Part shown: positions 1-13,059 of the stretch, in pieces
How the letters are laid out: the number at the start of each line of letters is the position of its first letter
Numbering within the stretch: the first letter of the stretch is position 1
Source of the DNA: Octopus vulgaris
Taxonomy: Eukaryota
Assembly: GCA_951406725.2 (NCBI GenBank)
Contig: OX597841.1
Coordinates: forward strand, 2,542,001-2,606,000
Length of the DNA: 64,000 nucleotides
Direction of reading: 5' to 3'
Program-made: the position numbers and the translations under genes
The notes under the pieces: generated by a model
Seen by the model: the letters and a program-made list of their open reading frames with translations, nothing else
What the model was told of the DNA's origin: nothing
Databases searched by the model: none

Positions 1-226
1 GTTCTCGGGGATATTCAGTGTGACAAGGCTGGCCCTTTGAAATACAGGAGAGAGAAAGTTGTGGTGAAAGAGTACAGCAGGGATCACCACCATCCCCTGC
101 CGGAGCCTCGTGGAGCTTTAGGTGTTTTCGCTCAATAAACACTCACAACGCCCGGTCTGGGAATCGAAACCGCAATCCTACGACCGCGAGTCCGCTGCCC
201 TAACCACTGGGCCATTGTGCCTCCAC
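1..226 (-). mobile_element. tRNA-derived SINE (family F), cut by window edge
   Basis: Reverse complement of head GTGGAGGCRCAATGGCCCAGTGGTTAGGGCAGC...GGTTTCGATTCCCAGACC with A/B-box-like motifs; same family at 55674, 61347, 61659. Confidence 0.75.
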
Positions 227-249
227 ATGAAAAACAATACCACCCATGT

Positions 250-562
250 AAAGGGTGAAGACCCCTTTCAGTCCTGAATGACCAAGGAATTGTACCTAGA
301 AAATTCCCCTCCGAGGCACAAGTCCAGCAGTCGCCTGTGCATACCAGCCTCTCCTCTCCAAGCCACTGATGTTATCCAAGGGAAAGGCAAAGGGGCCGAT
401 ACAGCGTGGCACCTGTGACATCACAACTCATTTCTACAGCTGAGTGAACTGGAGCAACGTGAAATAAAGTGTCTTGCTTAAGAACACAACACACAGCCCG
501 GTCTGGGAATCGAACTCACTATCTCATGATAGTGAGCCCAACACTCTAACCACTGAACCATT
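250..562 (-). mobile_element. older tRNA-derived SINE with CORE/Nin-like central domain
   Basis: Minus strand has ATGGTTCAGTGGTTAGAGTG...GAGTTCGATTCCCAGACC followed by GTTGTGTTCTTAAGCAAGACAC, a typical conserved SINE core. Confidence 0.6.
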
Positions 563-952
563 CACATAAGAAAAGCAGATACAACAACCTCCCTACACTA
601 AATTTTATATTACTACAAATATAGTGAGACTTTACCCCTGTTTTTATTTTCAATAAAAGCAATTTTTCACAGATTTTGAATTTGTGGTGTAAAAATCTTG
701 GTAAAATGTTTGTTGAAAACAGTATTGCTATGTTTGTGGTGAGACATGATTAATAAAGCTTACATACACACACCGGTTGTTTGTCTTTATTACACTTTTT
801 TTTTCCTTTTCTGATAGCAATTGATGTTTGTTTTTGGCCCCCAAAATATTTTTAGTTTCTCAATCTTTAGCCTTCTCAAACATATTGCTGGAAATAAGAA
901 AAGAGCAGTTATTTTGATATTATAGCTAAATGGCTTATTATATTATATTATA

Positions 953-1465
953 CTAGCAGTATCGCCCGGCGTTGCTCGGGTTTGTAAGGGAAATAACTAT
1001 ATAAGCATTTTTAGAGAGTTACTTCCCTTATAGATGCCAATTCGGGCTTTCTTAGCCATTTCTGTTTTGGTGTCTTCAAGCCATGAAGTCGTTGTTCTAA
1101 AAGAACGCTGGTCTCCTTGACAACGCATTACGACGTTGATTTCCTTACACTCCCTTCCCCACAGCTTCACGAGGGAGGGAAGAAGGGGGAGAAGCAAACA
1201 GGTGCAGGTGTGACCATGGACGCCAATTCCGCCGCCATCGACACACGAAAAATTATGCATTAAAATGGAATAAAAAATGATGTTAAATTATTTTTAAAAT
1301 CGTAGACTCATCGTAGACGCGTGCTAATACTCAGACGGGCTCGATATGAATCACGACTATAAGATACCCGGTTTTGGTTAAACTGCACCGCAAAATGTGG
1401 GAGGAGTTAGGAATCTAAATCGAAGGAGACAGACACTCACACAACTACAGTTTTATATATATAGA
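953..1465 (-). mobile_element. non-autonomous Helitron
   Basis: On the minus strand it starts A|TC and ends with hairpin CCCGAGCAACGCCGGG then CTAG|T; near-identical to 17722-18236. Confidence 0.85.
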
Positions 1466-1695
1466 TTATATTATGATATTATAGGTATTATGGGTAAATT
1501 ATATAGATATTATGGGTAAATTATTGATATTATAGGTAAATGGCTTATTATATTATATTATATTATGATATAGGTATTATGGGTAAATTATATAGATATT
1601 ATCGGTAAATAATTGATATTATAGGTAAATCGCTTATATTATGATATTATAGGTAAATGGCTTATTATATTATTATACTATATTATAAATGGCTG
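1466..1695. repeat. AT-rich imperfect tandem repeat (GATATTATAGGTAAATGGCTTATTATATT-like units)
   Basis: Unit recurs several times and continues on the other side of the Helitron (~917-952). Confidence 0.7.
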
Positions 1696-1741
1696 AGCAA
1701 TGTGTTCTCAGTGGTCACTGATAACATCACTGTACAATTAT

Positions 1742-1905
1742 TCATCATTATCATTTAATGTCTGTAGTCCAAGCTGGTATGGGTTGGATGGTTTGACCAG
1801 AGCTGGGAAACTAAAGGGCTGCACTAGACTCCAGTCTGATTTGGCCTGGTTTCTATGGCTGGATGCCCTTCTTAATGCTAACCACTCCAAGAGTGAATGG
1901 GTGCA
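1742..1905 (-). mobile_element. diverged copy of (GAT)n-tailed SINE 3' end (family E)
   Basis: CATCATT...ATGGGTTGGATGG...GGCTGGATGCCCTTCTTAATGC, similar to 5989-6250. Confidence 0.6.
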
Positions 1906-2299
1906 CCGCCAGTGACCGCAACTACGATTTTACTGGGGTCATTTACAAGACACTGGCAATGGCCACAACACAGTATATTGCCAAAAGTCGTGGTCACTGG
2001 TCATCATCTCAGTCAGGCCTAACATTCAAAGATCATGGTTTACCATCTTGTCCTTCACTTCTGTGACGCCCAACATTTGAAGATCATGCTACTGGAAATG
2101 GCCACAATTATGATTTCACAGGTGCCTTTTACATAACACTGGCAACAATCATGGCTATCATTTCACTTGGCCTGACATGCCTTTTTAAAGCACAGCATAT
2201 TGCCAAAGGTTTCAGTTACTAGTCAATGCACCTGTGATGCCCAACATTCAAAGATCCTGCTTCACCAACTTGTCCCATCCATATCTTCCTGGATCTACC

Positions 2300-2640
2300 T
2301 TCACCACATGTTCCCTCTACTATTAGAGATTAGCACTTCACACAGCTGTCCTCATCTGTTCACATTACTTGATCATACCAGTGCAGTCGTCTCTCTTGCA
2401 TGCCATATCTGATGCCTGACTTTTTTCTCAAGATGCTTACACTCTGTTGTACATGCACACTGACATTGCATATCCAGCAAAGCATACTGGCTTCATTTCT
2501 TTCAAGCCTTTGCATGTCCTCTGCTGTTACAGCCCATGTTTCACTGCTGTGGAGTATGGCTGTTTGGACACAGGCAACATACAGTCTGCCTTTCATTTTG
2601 AGGGAGAGACCTTTTGTTTTTACCACAAATACAAATGTCT
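2300..2640 (-). mobile_element. RTE-clade LINE ORF C-terminal fragment
   Basis: Translation KGRLYVACVQTAILHSSETWAVT...LERNEASML...QERRLHWY resembles the RTE post-RT region. Confidence 0.75.
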
Positions 2641-2917
2641 CCTCCTCCAATGGCTTTTGTGAATAAGTATCTGTCTACAAAAAGATGAAGTACCTACCTA
2701 AACAGCAAAGTCGACATGACCCACAGGGCATGCCCCTACATCTTCTGGACTTTCCGGTCTAGAGAACATGATTCTTCTCTTCTCTATCTTTGTCCATCCT
2801 CACCTTAAATACTGTTATCCAGAGAGCTGCACATAGGATAAATGACTGCTTTCAAACTGGAACACAAAATTCTAATAAAATAAAAACAAACAACAACTAG
2901 TGAGAGCATTTATAGAC

Positions 2918-2923
2918 TTTATT
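2918..2923 (-). terminator. putative polyadenylation signal of ZNF gene 1
   Basis: AATAAA followed by a GT/T-rich tract; same position in the paralogous 3'UTRs of genes 2-5 (~9627, ~15556, ~21571, 30090). Confidence 0.55.
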
Positions 2924-3226
2924 AATCATGACTCCACCCAAATATAACAATATTGGTCTGAATATCTCACCAATGTAGATAGAGTTGTGGTGATATGAAA
3001 TATAATAATGGTAGGATGTTATCAGACACAGTTGTATCTCCATTCCTGTGTAAATACATTTTCATAGTTATTGATGAGTGCGTTTGTTTTTTGTTACTCA
3101 GAGGAATTTTGACAGTAAACTATATCCCTCAAAGCTGCAACAAGAAACTAAAGGGGTTGGGATCAGGGAAGGTCTACCAACTGTAAATGACAGACTAAAA
3201 AGGGAGCCACAATGAGTGGATTAGTT

Positions 3227-3641
3227 ATTTATTTCTTTATTGCCCACAAGGGGCTGAACATAGAGGGGACAAATAAGGACAGACAAACGGATTAAGTTGA
3301 TTACATTGACCCCAGTGTGTAACTGGTACTTATTTAATTTGACCTAAAGAGGATGAAAGGCAAAGTCGACCTTGGCAGAATTTGAACTCAGAATGTAGCG
3401 GCAGATGAAATACCTATTTCTTTATTATCCACAAGGGGCTAAACACAGAGGGGACAAACAAGGACAGACATAGCGATTAAGTCAATTACATCGACCCCAG
3501 TGCATAACTGGTACTTAATTTATCGACCCCGAAAGGATGAAAGGTAAAGTCAACCTCGGCAGAATTTGAACTCACAACGTAATGGTAGACGAAATACCGC
3601 TAAGCATTTCGCCCGACGTGCTAACGTTTCTGCCAGCTCGC
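3227..3641 (-). mobile_element. SINE family D dimer inserted in 3'UTR of gene 1
   Basis: One tRNA-like head plus two bodies with the GCCTTTCATCCTTTCGGGGTCGATAAA core; TSD GAGTGRATTAGTT; absent from paralogous UTRs. Confidence 0.8.
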
Positions 3642-3733
3642 TGAGTGAATTAGTTGTGGCAGCTAAAACATAAGACAGCACTGCACTGTGATGGAGCTTA
3701 AAATATTTGTTACAAATTTTTACATTGATGGAA

Positions 3734-4759
<1,026 letters not shown>

Positions 4760-5224
4760 TCACTTTGTTCTTAAAAAAGTTTGTTTCTTAGAAATATTTC
4801 TACTGCTGCATTTCTGTTCAGTGTTACCTTTGTCTAATTAATGGATCTTATAAATTTTTGCATCCGGAATTAACTCATATTTTGTAGATATTCCAGTCAG
4901 TACAGAAATACTTCAAATAATCTCAGATCAGAGCAAATATTTCAAAGCAATTCTACCATAGATTTATAGAAACAGTTTTATACATCTGTTCTGCATAATA
5001 TATTTCCTGGGTCTTCATAGGATGATAAATATTAAGAATGCATCTTCTGTTACGTCAATGTCATTTGGTATTCTGAAATAATAAAGAGACAACACTGTAA
5101 GATATAGAGACTACTTTGGATGCAATGGTGGAAAATTTAGAACGTTTCTAAGGAGATAAACTGTAGAAATAAACATCTACCTGGACAACTGAACTTTTTA
5201 ATTTATCAAAATTTTTAGCTGTAG

Positions 5225-5592
5225 CCAGTGTTCCCTGACCGACTTCGATGCCAGTGCTATGCAAAATGCACCATCTGAACATGGTTGATGCCAGGTCTGC
5301 CTGACTGGCTCCTGTGCTGAAGGCATGTAAAAAGCACCATCCGAACGCTGCCGATGCCAGAACCCCCTGACTGGTATCCGAACGCTGCCGATGCCAGAAC
5401 CCCCTGACTGGTGGCACATAAAAAGCACCATCCGAACGCTGCCGATGCCAGAATCCCTTGACTGGTGGCACATAAAAAGCACCATCCGAACGCTGCCGAT
5501 GCCAGAACCCCCTGACTGGTGGCACATAAAAAGCACCATCCGAACGCTGCTGATGCCATAACCCCTTGACTGGCACCCGTACTGGTGGCACT
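5225..5592 (+). repeat. ~59-bp tandem subrepeats (TGGCACATAAAAAGCACCATCCGAACG) from the family E body
   Basis: About 4-5 near-identical units; same motif at 9078, 28060-28220, 36610. Confidence 0.75.
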
Positions 5593-5988
5593 TTTGTTTT
5601 TGTGTTTTATTTACTTTGTTTAAAAAAACTATTTACTTTGTGTTTTTGTGTTTTATTTACTTTGGTTTTTGAATTATTTACTTTGTGTAAAAAAATATTT
5701 ATTTTGTAAAGTATAGAAGCCATCTTATCATGGCTAACCACATTGGGGAGGGGGTGTTACTGTAGCTTTATAGCCCCAAGAGATCTTTGTCTCTAGCTGG
5801 CTTTAGACACAATATCTGTGTCCTTGGAGTATTTGCAAAGGGAGGCCATCCATTCCTCGCAAGCCTGAGTGATACGCTCGAACTAGTTTCGGGATTGTTG
5901 TCCCTCGTCAACGGGCGGTAACCACCAGGTCGCGATGAAAGTGAAGGCTTCTTTGCAAATATATATAAGTTTTTCTTAAGTAGTACCC

Positions 5989-6250
5989 ACATCATCATCA
6001 TCATCATCATCATCATTTAGCGTCCGCCTTCCATGCTAGCATGGGTTGGACGGTTCTACTGGGGTCTGTGAAGCCAGAAGGCTTCATCAGGCCCAGTCAG
6101 ATCTGGCAGTGTTTCTACGGCTGGATGCCCTTCCTAACACCAACCACTCCGTGAGTGTAGTGGGTGCTTTTTACGTGCCACCCGCACAGGTACCAGACAG
6201 AGCTGGCAAACGGCCACGAACGGATGGTGCTTTTTACGTGCCACCAGCAT
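5989..6250 (-). mobile_element. SINE family E 3' part with (GAT)n tail (RTE-type)
   Basis: (CAT)n then TTTAGCGTCCGC...GGCTGGATGCCCTTCCTAAC; more than 10 dispersed copies in the window. Confidence 0.8.
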
Positions 6251-6537
6251 GTTTCGCGACCGTTGCCAGCGCCGCCCCGACTGACCCACATATACTATAT
6301 ATTTATACTATGGTAGTCCCTCGACTCCAAGAAAGACTGTTCAGCAATCTCTTTAAGAAAAATCTGCACATATTTTGTTTATAATGATGAAATGTTTGTG
6401 CGGCACATTAGCTCACCCGCTCCATCCCATCGACACCTACCTTGACAGGTGCACGGGGTGCCACAGGTCAGGTATGAAAGCGATCATAGAGCAGCGTGCT
6501 CGGGAATGTTTGTACGCGTATATAAGTGTAAATAATA

Positions 6538-6885
6538 CTTTATATATAAAAGTAAGGTTGTGTATGTGTCTGTCTACTCCGATTTAGATTCCTAACTACT
6601 CCCACATTTTGCGGTGCAGTTTAACCAAAACCGGGTATCTTATAGTCGTGATTCATATCGAGCCCTTCTGGGTATTAGCGCGCGTCTACGATGAGTCTAC
6701 GATTAAAAAAAAAATTACCATAATTTTTTTCCATTTTAATGCATTTTTTCGCTATTATATAAGGGAAGTAACTCTCTAAAAATGTCTACGATGCATTTTT
6801 TTGATAATTTTTGGCTATAACTCTCTAAAAATGCTTTATAGTTATTTCCCTTACAAACCCGAGCAACGCCGGGCGATACTTCTAG
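6538..6885 (+). mobile_element. non-autonomous Helitron (internally deleted variant)
   Basis: Same body as 17722; hairpin plus CTAG|T end. Confidence 0.8.
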
Positions 6886-7330
6886 TACTTTATAAGATAA
6901 TGAGGAGCCTCTGGTTATTGAGACTAATTAAACTGAGTTAATTATTGTTTTATAGTACATTAGAAACAGCGAAATACCTTGGGAATTTAGTCCAATCAAT
7001 GGATCAATGAAATCAATCCTTAATGTCCCAGTGCTGGGTAAAGGTCTTCGGGGTTTTCACTCCAAATTCCTGAATTTCGCTTCAAATCTTTCCACCTTGT
7101 TTCTTGTCACACTTTTTTTTTACTCTCCCACGCAATCTGTCTCATTCTAACATCTTACTTCCTTCTCACTGATCCTCTCCAGCGTAATCCCTTTGTCAAT
7201 TATTATAGAATTTAAGACAATATTATTCAGATTAGGGATCTAGCCTGAAATCCAATTAAACAACAACACAGAGGGAATACTGAACGGCATTCTGTAGTGC
7301 TTTGAGGTCAGTTCTTCGTATACAATATAA

Positions 7331-7394
7331 TGATGTCACTTCCTCATTGCCAGGACTACTTGTCACTAAACCTAGAAACATGGAGTTGTTTCCC
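7331..7394 (-). promoter_or_regulatory. putative promoter of gene 1 (ETS/CRE-like motif plus GGGAAACAACTC box)
   Basis: TGATGTCACTTCC and GAGTTGTTTCCC at positions paralogous to genes 2-6. Confidence 0.55.
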
Positions 7395-7411
7395 TTTTTA
7401 GTAATTAGAAA

Positions 7412-7825
7412 CGGCGAGCTGGCAGAAACGTTAGCACGCCGGGCGAAATGCTTTGTGGTATTTCGTCTGCCGTTACGTTCTGAGTTCAAATTCCGCCGAG
7501 GTCGACTTTGCCTTTCATCCTTTCGGGGTCGATAAATTAAGTACCAGTTACGCACTGGAGGTCGATGTAATCGACTTAATACCTATGTCTGTCCTTGTTT
7601 GTCCCCTCTGTGTTTAGCCCCTTGTTGGGTAATAAAGAAATAGGTATTTCGTCTGCGTTACGTTGTGAGTTCAAATTCCGCCGAGGTCGACTTTGCCTTT
7701 CATCCTTTCGGAGTCGATAAATTAAGTACCAGTTACGCACTGGGGTCGATATAATCGACTTAATCCGTTTGTCTGTCCTTGTTTGTCCCCTCTGTGTTTA
7801 GCCCCTTGTGGGTAGTAAAGAAATA
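7412..7825 (+). mobile_element. SINE family D dimer
   Basis: Head GGCGAGCTGGCAGAAACGTTAGC plus two bodies; TSD AGTAATTAGAAACGG. Confidence 0.85.
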
Positions 7826-8021
7826 AGTAATTAGAAACGGCTCAATTAATTTAGTTCGTGTTGGGAATGCGAAGTGGACAAAATTAAAAGACGCTGGATG
7901 TCACGACCAGCAGAGAGCATGGTTCATGCTTTTGCTGTCTAAATTACTTTTAATTTAGGTGCAAGCACAGCATAATTTCATTGGATTGGATTAGTCGATG
8001 GTATCAACGCAGGATATAATT

Positions 8022-8800
8022 GTTTCTGCCTTAGGCACAAGGCCCAAAATTTTCAGGGAAAGGGTCAGTCGATTAGATCGACTCCAGTACGCAGTTGGTA
8101 CTTAATTTATCGACTCCGAAAGGATGAAAGGCAAAGTCAACCTCAGCGGAATTTGAACTCAGAACGTAAAAACAGACGAAATACCTATTTCTTTATTACC
8201 CACAGGGGGCTAAACATAGAGGGGACAAACAAGGACAGACATAGGTATTAAGTCGATTACTTCGACCCCAGTGCGTAACTGGTACTTATTTAATCGACCC
8301 TGAAAGGATGAAAGGTAAAGTCAACCTTGGCAGAATTTGAACTCAGAACGTAAAAACAGACGAAATACCGCTAAGCATTTCGCCCGGCGTGCTAACGTTC
8401 CTTATTTCTTTATTGCCCTCAAGGGGCTACACACAGAGGGGACAATCAAGGACAGACAAAGGGATTAAGTCGATTACATCGACCCCCAGTGCATAACTAG
8501 TACTTAATTTATCGACCCCGAAATGCAAAGTAGACCTCGGCGGAATTTGAACTCATAACGTAACGGCAGGTGAAATACCTATTTCTTTACTACCCACAAG
8601 GGGCTAAACACAGTGAGGACACACGGATTAAGTCGATTATATCGATCCCAGTGCATAACTGGTACTTATTTAATCGACCCCGAAAGGATGAAAGGGAAAG
8701 TCGACCTTTGAGTCGACTTTGAACTCAGAATGTAACGGCAGACGAAATAACGCTAAGCATTTTGCCCGGCGTGCTAACGTTTCTGCCAGCTCGTTGCCTT
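8022..8800 (-). mobile_element. SINE family D multimer (~4 bodies)
   Basis: Repeated bodies; TSD AACGCWGGATATAAT flanks the whole multimer. Confidence 0.8.
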
Positions 8801-9077
8801 AACGCTGGATATAATAGACACAGTAATGTTCTTTAAACCCTTCGATCCCACTTTCACCTCACTGATCACCATTAAACAGGCTGTGGGACGAGGGCTATGA
8901 AAGAAAAGGAGGCAGAGTGAGGGCCACAAAGTAGATGTTGAAGGTTACTACACTTAGAAGAGAAAGGGTAGAGTGTGATCATCCCAAAACTATATTCGAG
9001 GTGGACTAGTGGAGAAAAAGGAAAGGGCAGGATGAGAAAAACAGTGTCAAAATAAACCATTTCTGAAAATATGTTAC

Positions 9078-9357
9078 AGCCTCGCCTGGCCCCGTGCCGG
9101 TGACACGTAAAAGCACCAATCCGTTCGTGGCCGTTTGCCATCTCTGTCTGGCACCTGTGCGGGTGGCACGTAAAAAGCACCCATTTCACTCACGGAGTGG
9201 TTGGCGTTAGGAAGGGCATCCAGCCGTAGAAACACTGCCAGATCTGACTGGGCCTGATGAAGCCTTCCAGCTTCACAGACCCCAGTTGAACCGTCCAACC
9301 CATGCTAGCATGGAGAACGGACGCTAAATGATGATGATGATGATGATGATGATGATG
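9078..9357 (+). mobile_element. SINE family E 3' part with (GAT)n tail
   Basis: GTTGGCGTTAGGAAGGGCATCCAGCCG...GGACGCTAAATGATGATG. Confidence 0.8.
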
Positions 9358-10019
9358 TTACATGGATTATACGCGAGTAATATGAAAAACGTTGTTAAAC
9401 ATGGCGAGATTCATAATGAATAAAGCTTATAACGACCCACACTGGTTGTTGGTTGTCTGTTTCACTTCATTTTCTTCAGCAATTGATGTTTGCTTCTGTC
9501 CCAACAAAATATTTTCCTAGAAAACATTGAGAGAGCTGTACATAGGATAAACAACTGCTTTCAAACTGGAACACAAAATTCAAAAGAAATAAAAACAAAC
9601 AACAACTAGTGAGGGTGTTTATAGACTTTATTAATCATGACTCCACCCAAATATAACAATATTGGTCTGAATATCTCACCAATGTAGATAGAGTTGTGGT
9701 GATATGAAATATATTGTTGAGAATCTGTTATCAAACACTGCCGTACATCCATTCCTGTTAGAACACTTTTAAAGTTATTCATTAGAGCTTTTCCTTTTTT
9801 TTTTTCTTTCCTCTTTAGAGGAACTTTGACATATCCCTCGATGCTGAAACAAAAAACTAAAGGAGTTTGTATCAGAGAAGGTATACCAGCTGTAAATGGA
9901 CAGCCTAAAAGGAGAGACACAATGAGTGGATTAGTTATTGTGATGGCTAAAACACACAGGGCAACCCCCTGTTTAGGTGAAGCTTAAAATATTTCTAATG
10001 AATTTTAATAAGGGTGCAG

Positions 10020-10844
10020 TCATACCATTTTATGAATGCGTACATGTGTATTTAAGTTGCTGCTCCGAGAGAATGATTTACCACAGATATCACACAAGTA
10101 TGGCTTCTCCCCTGTATGAATACGTTTATGTTTAGTTAAGGCACTATTTACAGAGAATGATTTACTACAGATATCACAATGATATGGCTTCTCTCCTGTG
10201 TGAATACGTTTGTGTTCAACAACTTGAGAACTTACAGAGAACGATTTACCACAGATATCACAATGATATGGCTTCTCTCCTGAATGAATACGTTCATGTC
10301 TAGTTCTGTCGCTATTTGCAGAGAATGATTTACCACAGATATCACAGCGATATGGCCTCTCTCCTGTATGAATATGCTTATGTATAGTTAATGTAACATT
10401 TTTAGAGAATGATTTACCACAGATATCACAGTGATATGGTTTCTCCCCTGAATGAATACGTTTGTGTGTAGTTAAGGTAACGTTTTTAGAGAATGATTTA
10501 CCACAGATGTCACAGTGATACGGCCTCTCCCCTGTATGAATACGTTTGTGCGTGCTTAAGTCATTACTTGCAGAGAATGATTTACCACAGAAATCACAGA
10601 CATATGGCTTCTCTCCTGTATGAATACGTACATGTATAGTTAAGTGGCTACTTTGCGAAAATGATTTACCACAGACATCACAGTGATATGGCTTCTCTCC
10701 TGTATGAATACGTATGTGCCTCGTTAACTGTCTTTTTTCAGAGAAAGATTTTTGACAGATGTCACAATCATATGACAATCTTCTGCTCCCTTTAATCATG
10801 TCTTTAGGCAAAATCAAATGCTCAAATTTCACACTTTTTTCCAT
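10020..10844 (-). CDS. C2H2 zinc-finger protein, 9 fingers (gene 2)
   Basis: Intact ORF from ATG (MEKSVKF); N-terminal leader identical to gene 3. Confidence 0.93.
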   Translation of the reverse strand: MEKSVKFEHLILPKDMIKGSRRLSYDCDICQKSFSEKRQLTRHIRIHTGEKPYHCDVCGKSFSQSSHLTIHVRIHTGEKPYVCDFCGKSFSASNDLSTHKRIHTGERPYHCDICGKSFSKNVTLTTHKRIHSGEKPYHCDICGKSFSKNVTLTIHKHIHTGERPYRCDICGKSFSANSDRTRHERIHSGEKPYHCDICGKSFSVSSQVVEHKRIHTGEKPYHCDICSKSFSVNSALTKHKRIHTGEKPYLCDICGKSFSRSSNLNTHVRIHKMV

Positions 10845-11372
10845 AATTTTCCTTCTCAAATCACCATATACACTTCTTCGTTTTGTTCTTGCAGTTTCCC
10901 CTATACAAATATTTCTTGTCTAATCAATACTTTTGTAAATTTATCCATGTTGAATTAACTCATATTCAGCTCATAGACATTCCAGACAATTATGTACAGA
11001 ACTAGTGCAAAGAATCTCAGTTCAGAGCAAATATTCCACAGGATTCTACCACAGATATACAGAAATTTTTTTCATAAATCTGTTCTGGACAACATATTCC
11101 CTTGGTCTTCAAACGATGATATATATTGAGAATATATCATGTTATGTCAAATTTATTTGATATTCTGAAATAATAAATAAACAACAGTGTAAGATATAAA
11201 GGCTACTTAAAAATACTGTTAAATGGGGGAAAATCTTACAACATTTCTACAGAGATAAACTTTAGAAATAAACATTTACTTGAACAACTGAACTTTTTAA
11301 TTTATTAAAATTTGCATCATTGAATCATGTGTGTAGCTTACATATTTGATAAATACAGCTACACCTTCACAT

Positions 11373-12040
11373 ATTTACAAAGTCAGAAAACAGCACAGCT
11401 CCCATGACTTCAGGAAACATTTTTTCACGCTGAGAGTTGCTGAAGCATGGAACAAACTGCTGGCATCAGTTGTTAGTTGTCGGAGCAGTGCATCGTTCAA
11501 AACTTCCATGCTTCCTGAGATTCGCCAACACTACACCTGATTTTCTCCCCTCCATACACACACAAGCATGTATCTGACTCATACACTGTTCACTTCCCAG
11601 ACATTTGTACATTACTGCATATGCAGACACCCATAAAATTATCAACCATCGTACAAACAATAACTCTGAGCACCTTTTCAAACTCCACCCATCTAACACA
11701 CGTGGGCATGTTTGCGAAGTCAGAAAACAGCACAGCTCCCATGACTTCAGGAAACATTTTTTCACGCTGAGAGTTGCTGAAGCATGGAACAAACTGCCGG
11801 CATCGGTTGTTAGTTGTCGGAGCACTGCATCCTTCAAAACTTCCATGCTTCCTGAGATTCGCCAACACTACACTTGATTTTCTCCCCTCCATACACACAC
11901 AAGCATGTATCTGACTCATACACTGTTCACTTTCCAGACATTTGTACATTACTGCATGTACTTTATATGCACTTTCTGACAAGTTGTGGTGCACCTGAGC
12001 ACTGTATACGATAATTTCATTATTATTATTATCATTATTA
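11373..12040 (+). mobile_element. CR1-clade LINE 3' end, tandemly duplicated, with (ATT)n tail
   Basis: Translation SNTRGH...RKHFFTLRVAEAWNKLPASVV...SFK is a CR1 ORF2 C-terminus. Confidence 0.85.
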
Positions 12041-12108
12041 TTGTGTTATATTATTTAGATTAGTGGACAATAAAATACAGGGGTTTGACAAAATAATGGA
12101 AAATAATA

Positions 12109-12532
12109 GGCGCAGGAGTGGCTGTGTGGTAAGTAGCTTGCTTACCAACCACATGGTTCCGGGTTCAGTCCCACTGCGTGGCATCTTGGGCAAGTGTCTT
12201 CTGCTATAGCCCCGGGCCGACCAATGCCTTGTGAGTGGATTTGGTAGACGGAAACTGAAAAGAAGCCCGTCGTATATATGTATATTTATATATATATATA
12301 TATGTATGTGTGTGTTTGTGTGTCTGTGTTTGTCCCCCTAGCATTGCTTGACAACCGATGCTGGTGTGTTTACATCCCCGTCACTTCAGCGGTTCGGCAA
12401 AAGAGACCGATAGAATAAGTACTGGGCTTACAAAAAAGAATAAGTCCCGGGGTCGATTTGCTCGACTAAAAGGTGGTGCTCTAGCATGGCCGCAGTCAAA
12501 TGACTGAAACAAGTGAAAGAGTAAAAGAGAGT
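12109..12532 (+). mobile_element. tRNA-derived SINE (family C) with internal (TA)n(TG)n
   Basis: GGCGCAGGAGTGGCTGTGTGGTAAG...GGGTTCAGTCCC head, CTTGGGCAAGTG core, tail GAAACAAGTAAAAGAG; ~15 copies in window. Confidence 0.85.
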
Positions 12533-12926
12533 AAACACCTAGCATCATAATTCTGTAATATCTATAAAACCGTCAAAAGCTAGTATATTTTTATGGTTTT
12601 TGATCTTACTTTAGAATTTACGTGGATATGTAGGGAGTCCAATCAATCGATCTATGAAATCAATCACCAATGTCCCAGGGCTGGGTAAGGGTCTTCTTGT
12701 ATTTCATTCTAAATTCCTGAATTCCGTTTCCAATCTTTGTCCAGTGTCCCCACCTTTTTTTCTTGTCCCCTATCGTCCACCTTCTTCTCGCTGATCCTCT
12801 CCACTGTAATTCCTTTGTCAATTATTATATAAACATGACAACATTATTCAGTTCAGGGGATCAGAAAACAAGGATACTCAATACCACTCTCTAGGGATTA
12901 GAGTTTAGTTCTTCCTATAGAATCAA

Positions 12927-12970
12927 TGACGTCACTTCCTTCTTATGGAGTGACATCGAATTGTTTCCCC
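12927..12970 (-). promoter_or_regulatory. putative promoter of gene 2 (TGACGTCACTTCC)
   Basis: Perfect CRE overlapping an ETS core; exon-1 donor AAA|GTAAGA at ~12609. Confidence 0.6.
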
Positions 12971-13059
12971 TTTTCTCTTTTTTTTTTTTAAATATTTGTC
13001 AAACCATTAGCTGAGGTTGAATTTATTTCATTCTTGTTGTGATGCGAAGAGGACAGAAT

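Noticed and set aside
997-1260. 87-aa ORF repeated at 17929-18192
   Set aside because: Interior of two recent Helitron copies; similarity reflects TE identity, and no domain is recognised
5148-5591. Overlapping repetitive ORFs
   Set aside because: Translations of 59-bp SINE subrepeats
9250-9285. CTGATGA plus hairpin in the family E tail and array variant as a hammerhead
   Set aside because: No GAAA after stem II and no stem III/UH; also rejected CTGATGAG at ~57379
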